64,000 nt of DNA from Podarcis filfolensis (taxonomy: Eukaryota). Positions within the stretch are counted from its first letter, which is position 1, and each line of letters starts with the position of its first letter. The notes beneath the pieces were generated by a model, which saw only the letters and a list, made by a program, of their open reading frames with translations, ran no database searches and was not told the origin of the DNA. Location of the stretch: the NCBI GenBank assembly GCA_964270895.1, contig OZ185440.1. One strand, 5' to 3'. A program made the position numbers and the translations under genes. Of the stretch, positions 63,340 through 64,000 are shown one piece after another.

Positions 63340-64000
63340 CTGAGAGATGAAAGTTTGTTTTGTTTGATGACATTGTGCGATGAAGATGAGAAGGGAATAA
63401 AAAAAGACAAGGAAAAACACAGAGAGTAAAAACAGGCCAAGCTGCATGTGTCTGCACAGCACTGAAACAACAAGACATGATGGTAGAGACCGGCCAGGAC
63501 TACCCACTGTGCAACTGCGCACGCACACACACAAACAAACATTCCTGCCACAGAACACTGGATTCAGCTTCTCTTCCTCATCCAGATGCACACAACCAGA
63601 CCATCAGTATATAGGAGCACATGTCCCAAGAGCACCAAGAGCCAAGTTGATTTTGGTAGGCTGCCCCCACTTCTGGCCAAGTACAGGCAAGAACAAGTGT
63701 GCACACACTCATGGACATACCCACCACATTTCAGACACCACAGGATTTTCAGTCAAGTGCCAAGCTCCATTCCAACTGTACAGACAGTAGCGGAGGCACT
63801 TTAACCCCCACCTGCCTCTCTCACACAGCTCAGTATCTGCACACATGCCCCATCACTCCTCAACACAGAGGAAGCAGTCCTGGTGAACAATGGGAATTCT
63901 TTAAGCATGAAGAGCCTCTTTCTCCCTCTTTCCAAACAGAGCTAAAAGCAGCAGAGAAACATTAGTGCAGTATGAACCAGTTGCTGTGTCAGGACCCCTG

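Overview
Vertebrate intron-rich DNA, most likely from a lacertid-type lizard (inferred from the Sauria SINE copies and squamate CR1/L2/RTE remnants). The whole window lies inside one gene on the minus strand: the LAR receptor protein tyrosine phosphatase PTPRF. I traced 21 exons with GT-AG boundaries (3,734 nt, continuous frame) from the Ig2-Ig3 linker micro-exon through Ig3, FN1-FN8, the furin site, the transmembrane helix and the juxtamembrane region into the first half of phosphatase domain D1. The gene runs off both ends of the window. Four of these are micro-exons that the ORF track misses (12, 27, 12 and 33 nt). Most interesting leads: (1) frame-preserving micro-exon candidates I do not recognise from LAR, namely a 21/27-nt Tyr/Trp-rich cassette at the FN3-FN4 hinge behind a ~137-nt AG-free tract and a 6-nt cassette at FN4-FN5; (2) a cluster of stop-introducing or frameshifting cassettes between the membrane and D1; (3) a retroposed mature tRNA-Tyr 3' half with CCA and a T at the m1A58 position, fused to a SINE head; (4) inverted SINE pairs able to pair in the pre-mRNA. 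All novel-exon calls rest on splice signals alone and need RNA-seq or conservation data. Reference LAR-family sequences are recalled from memory, not searched.
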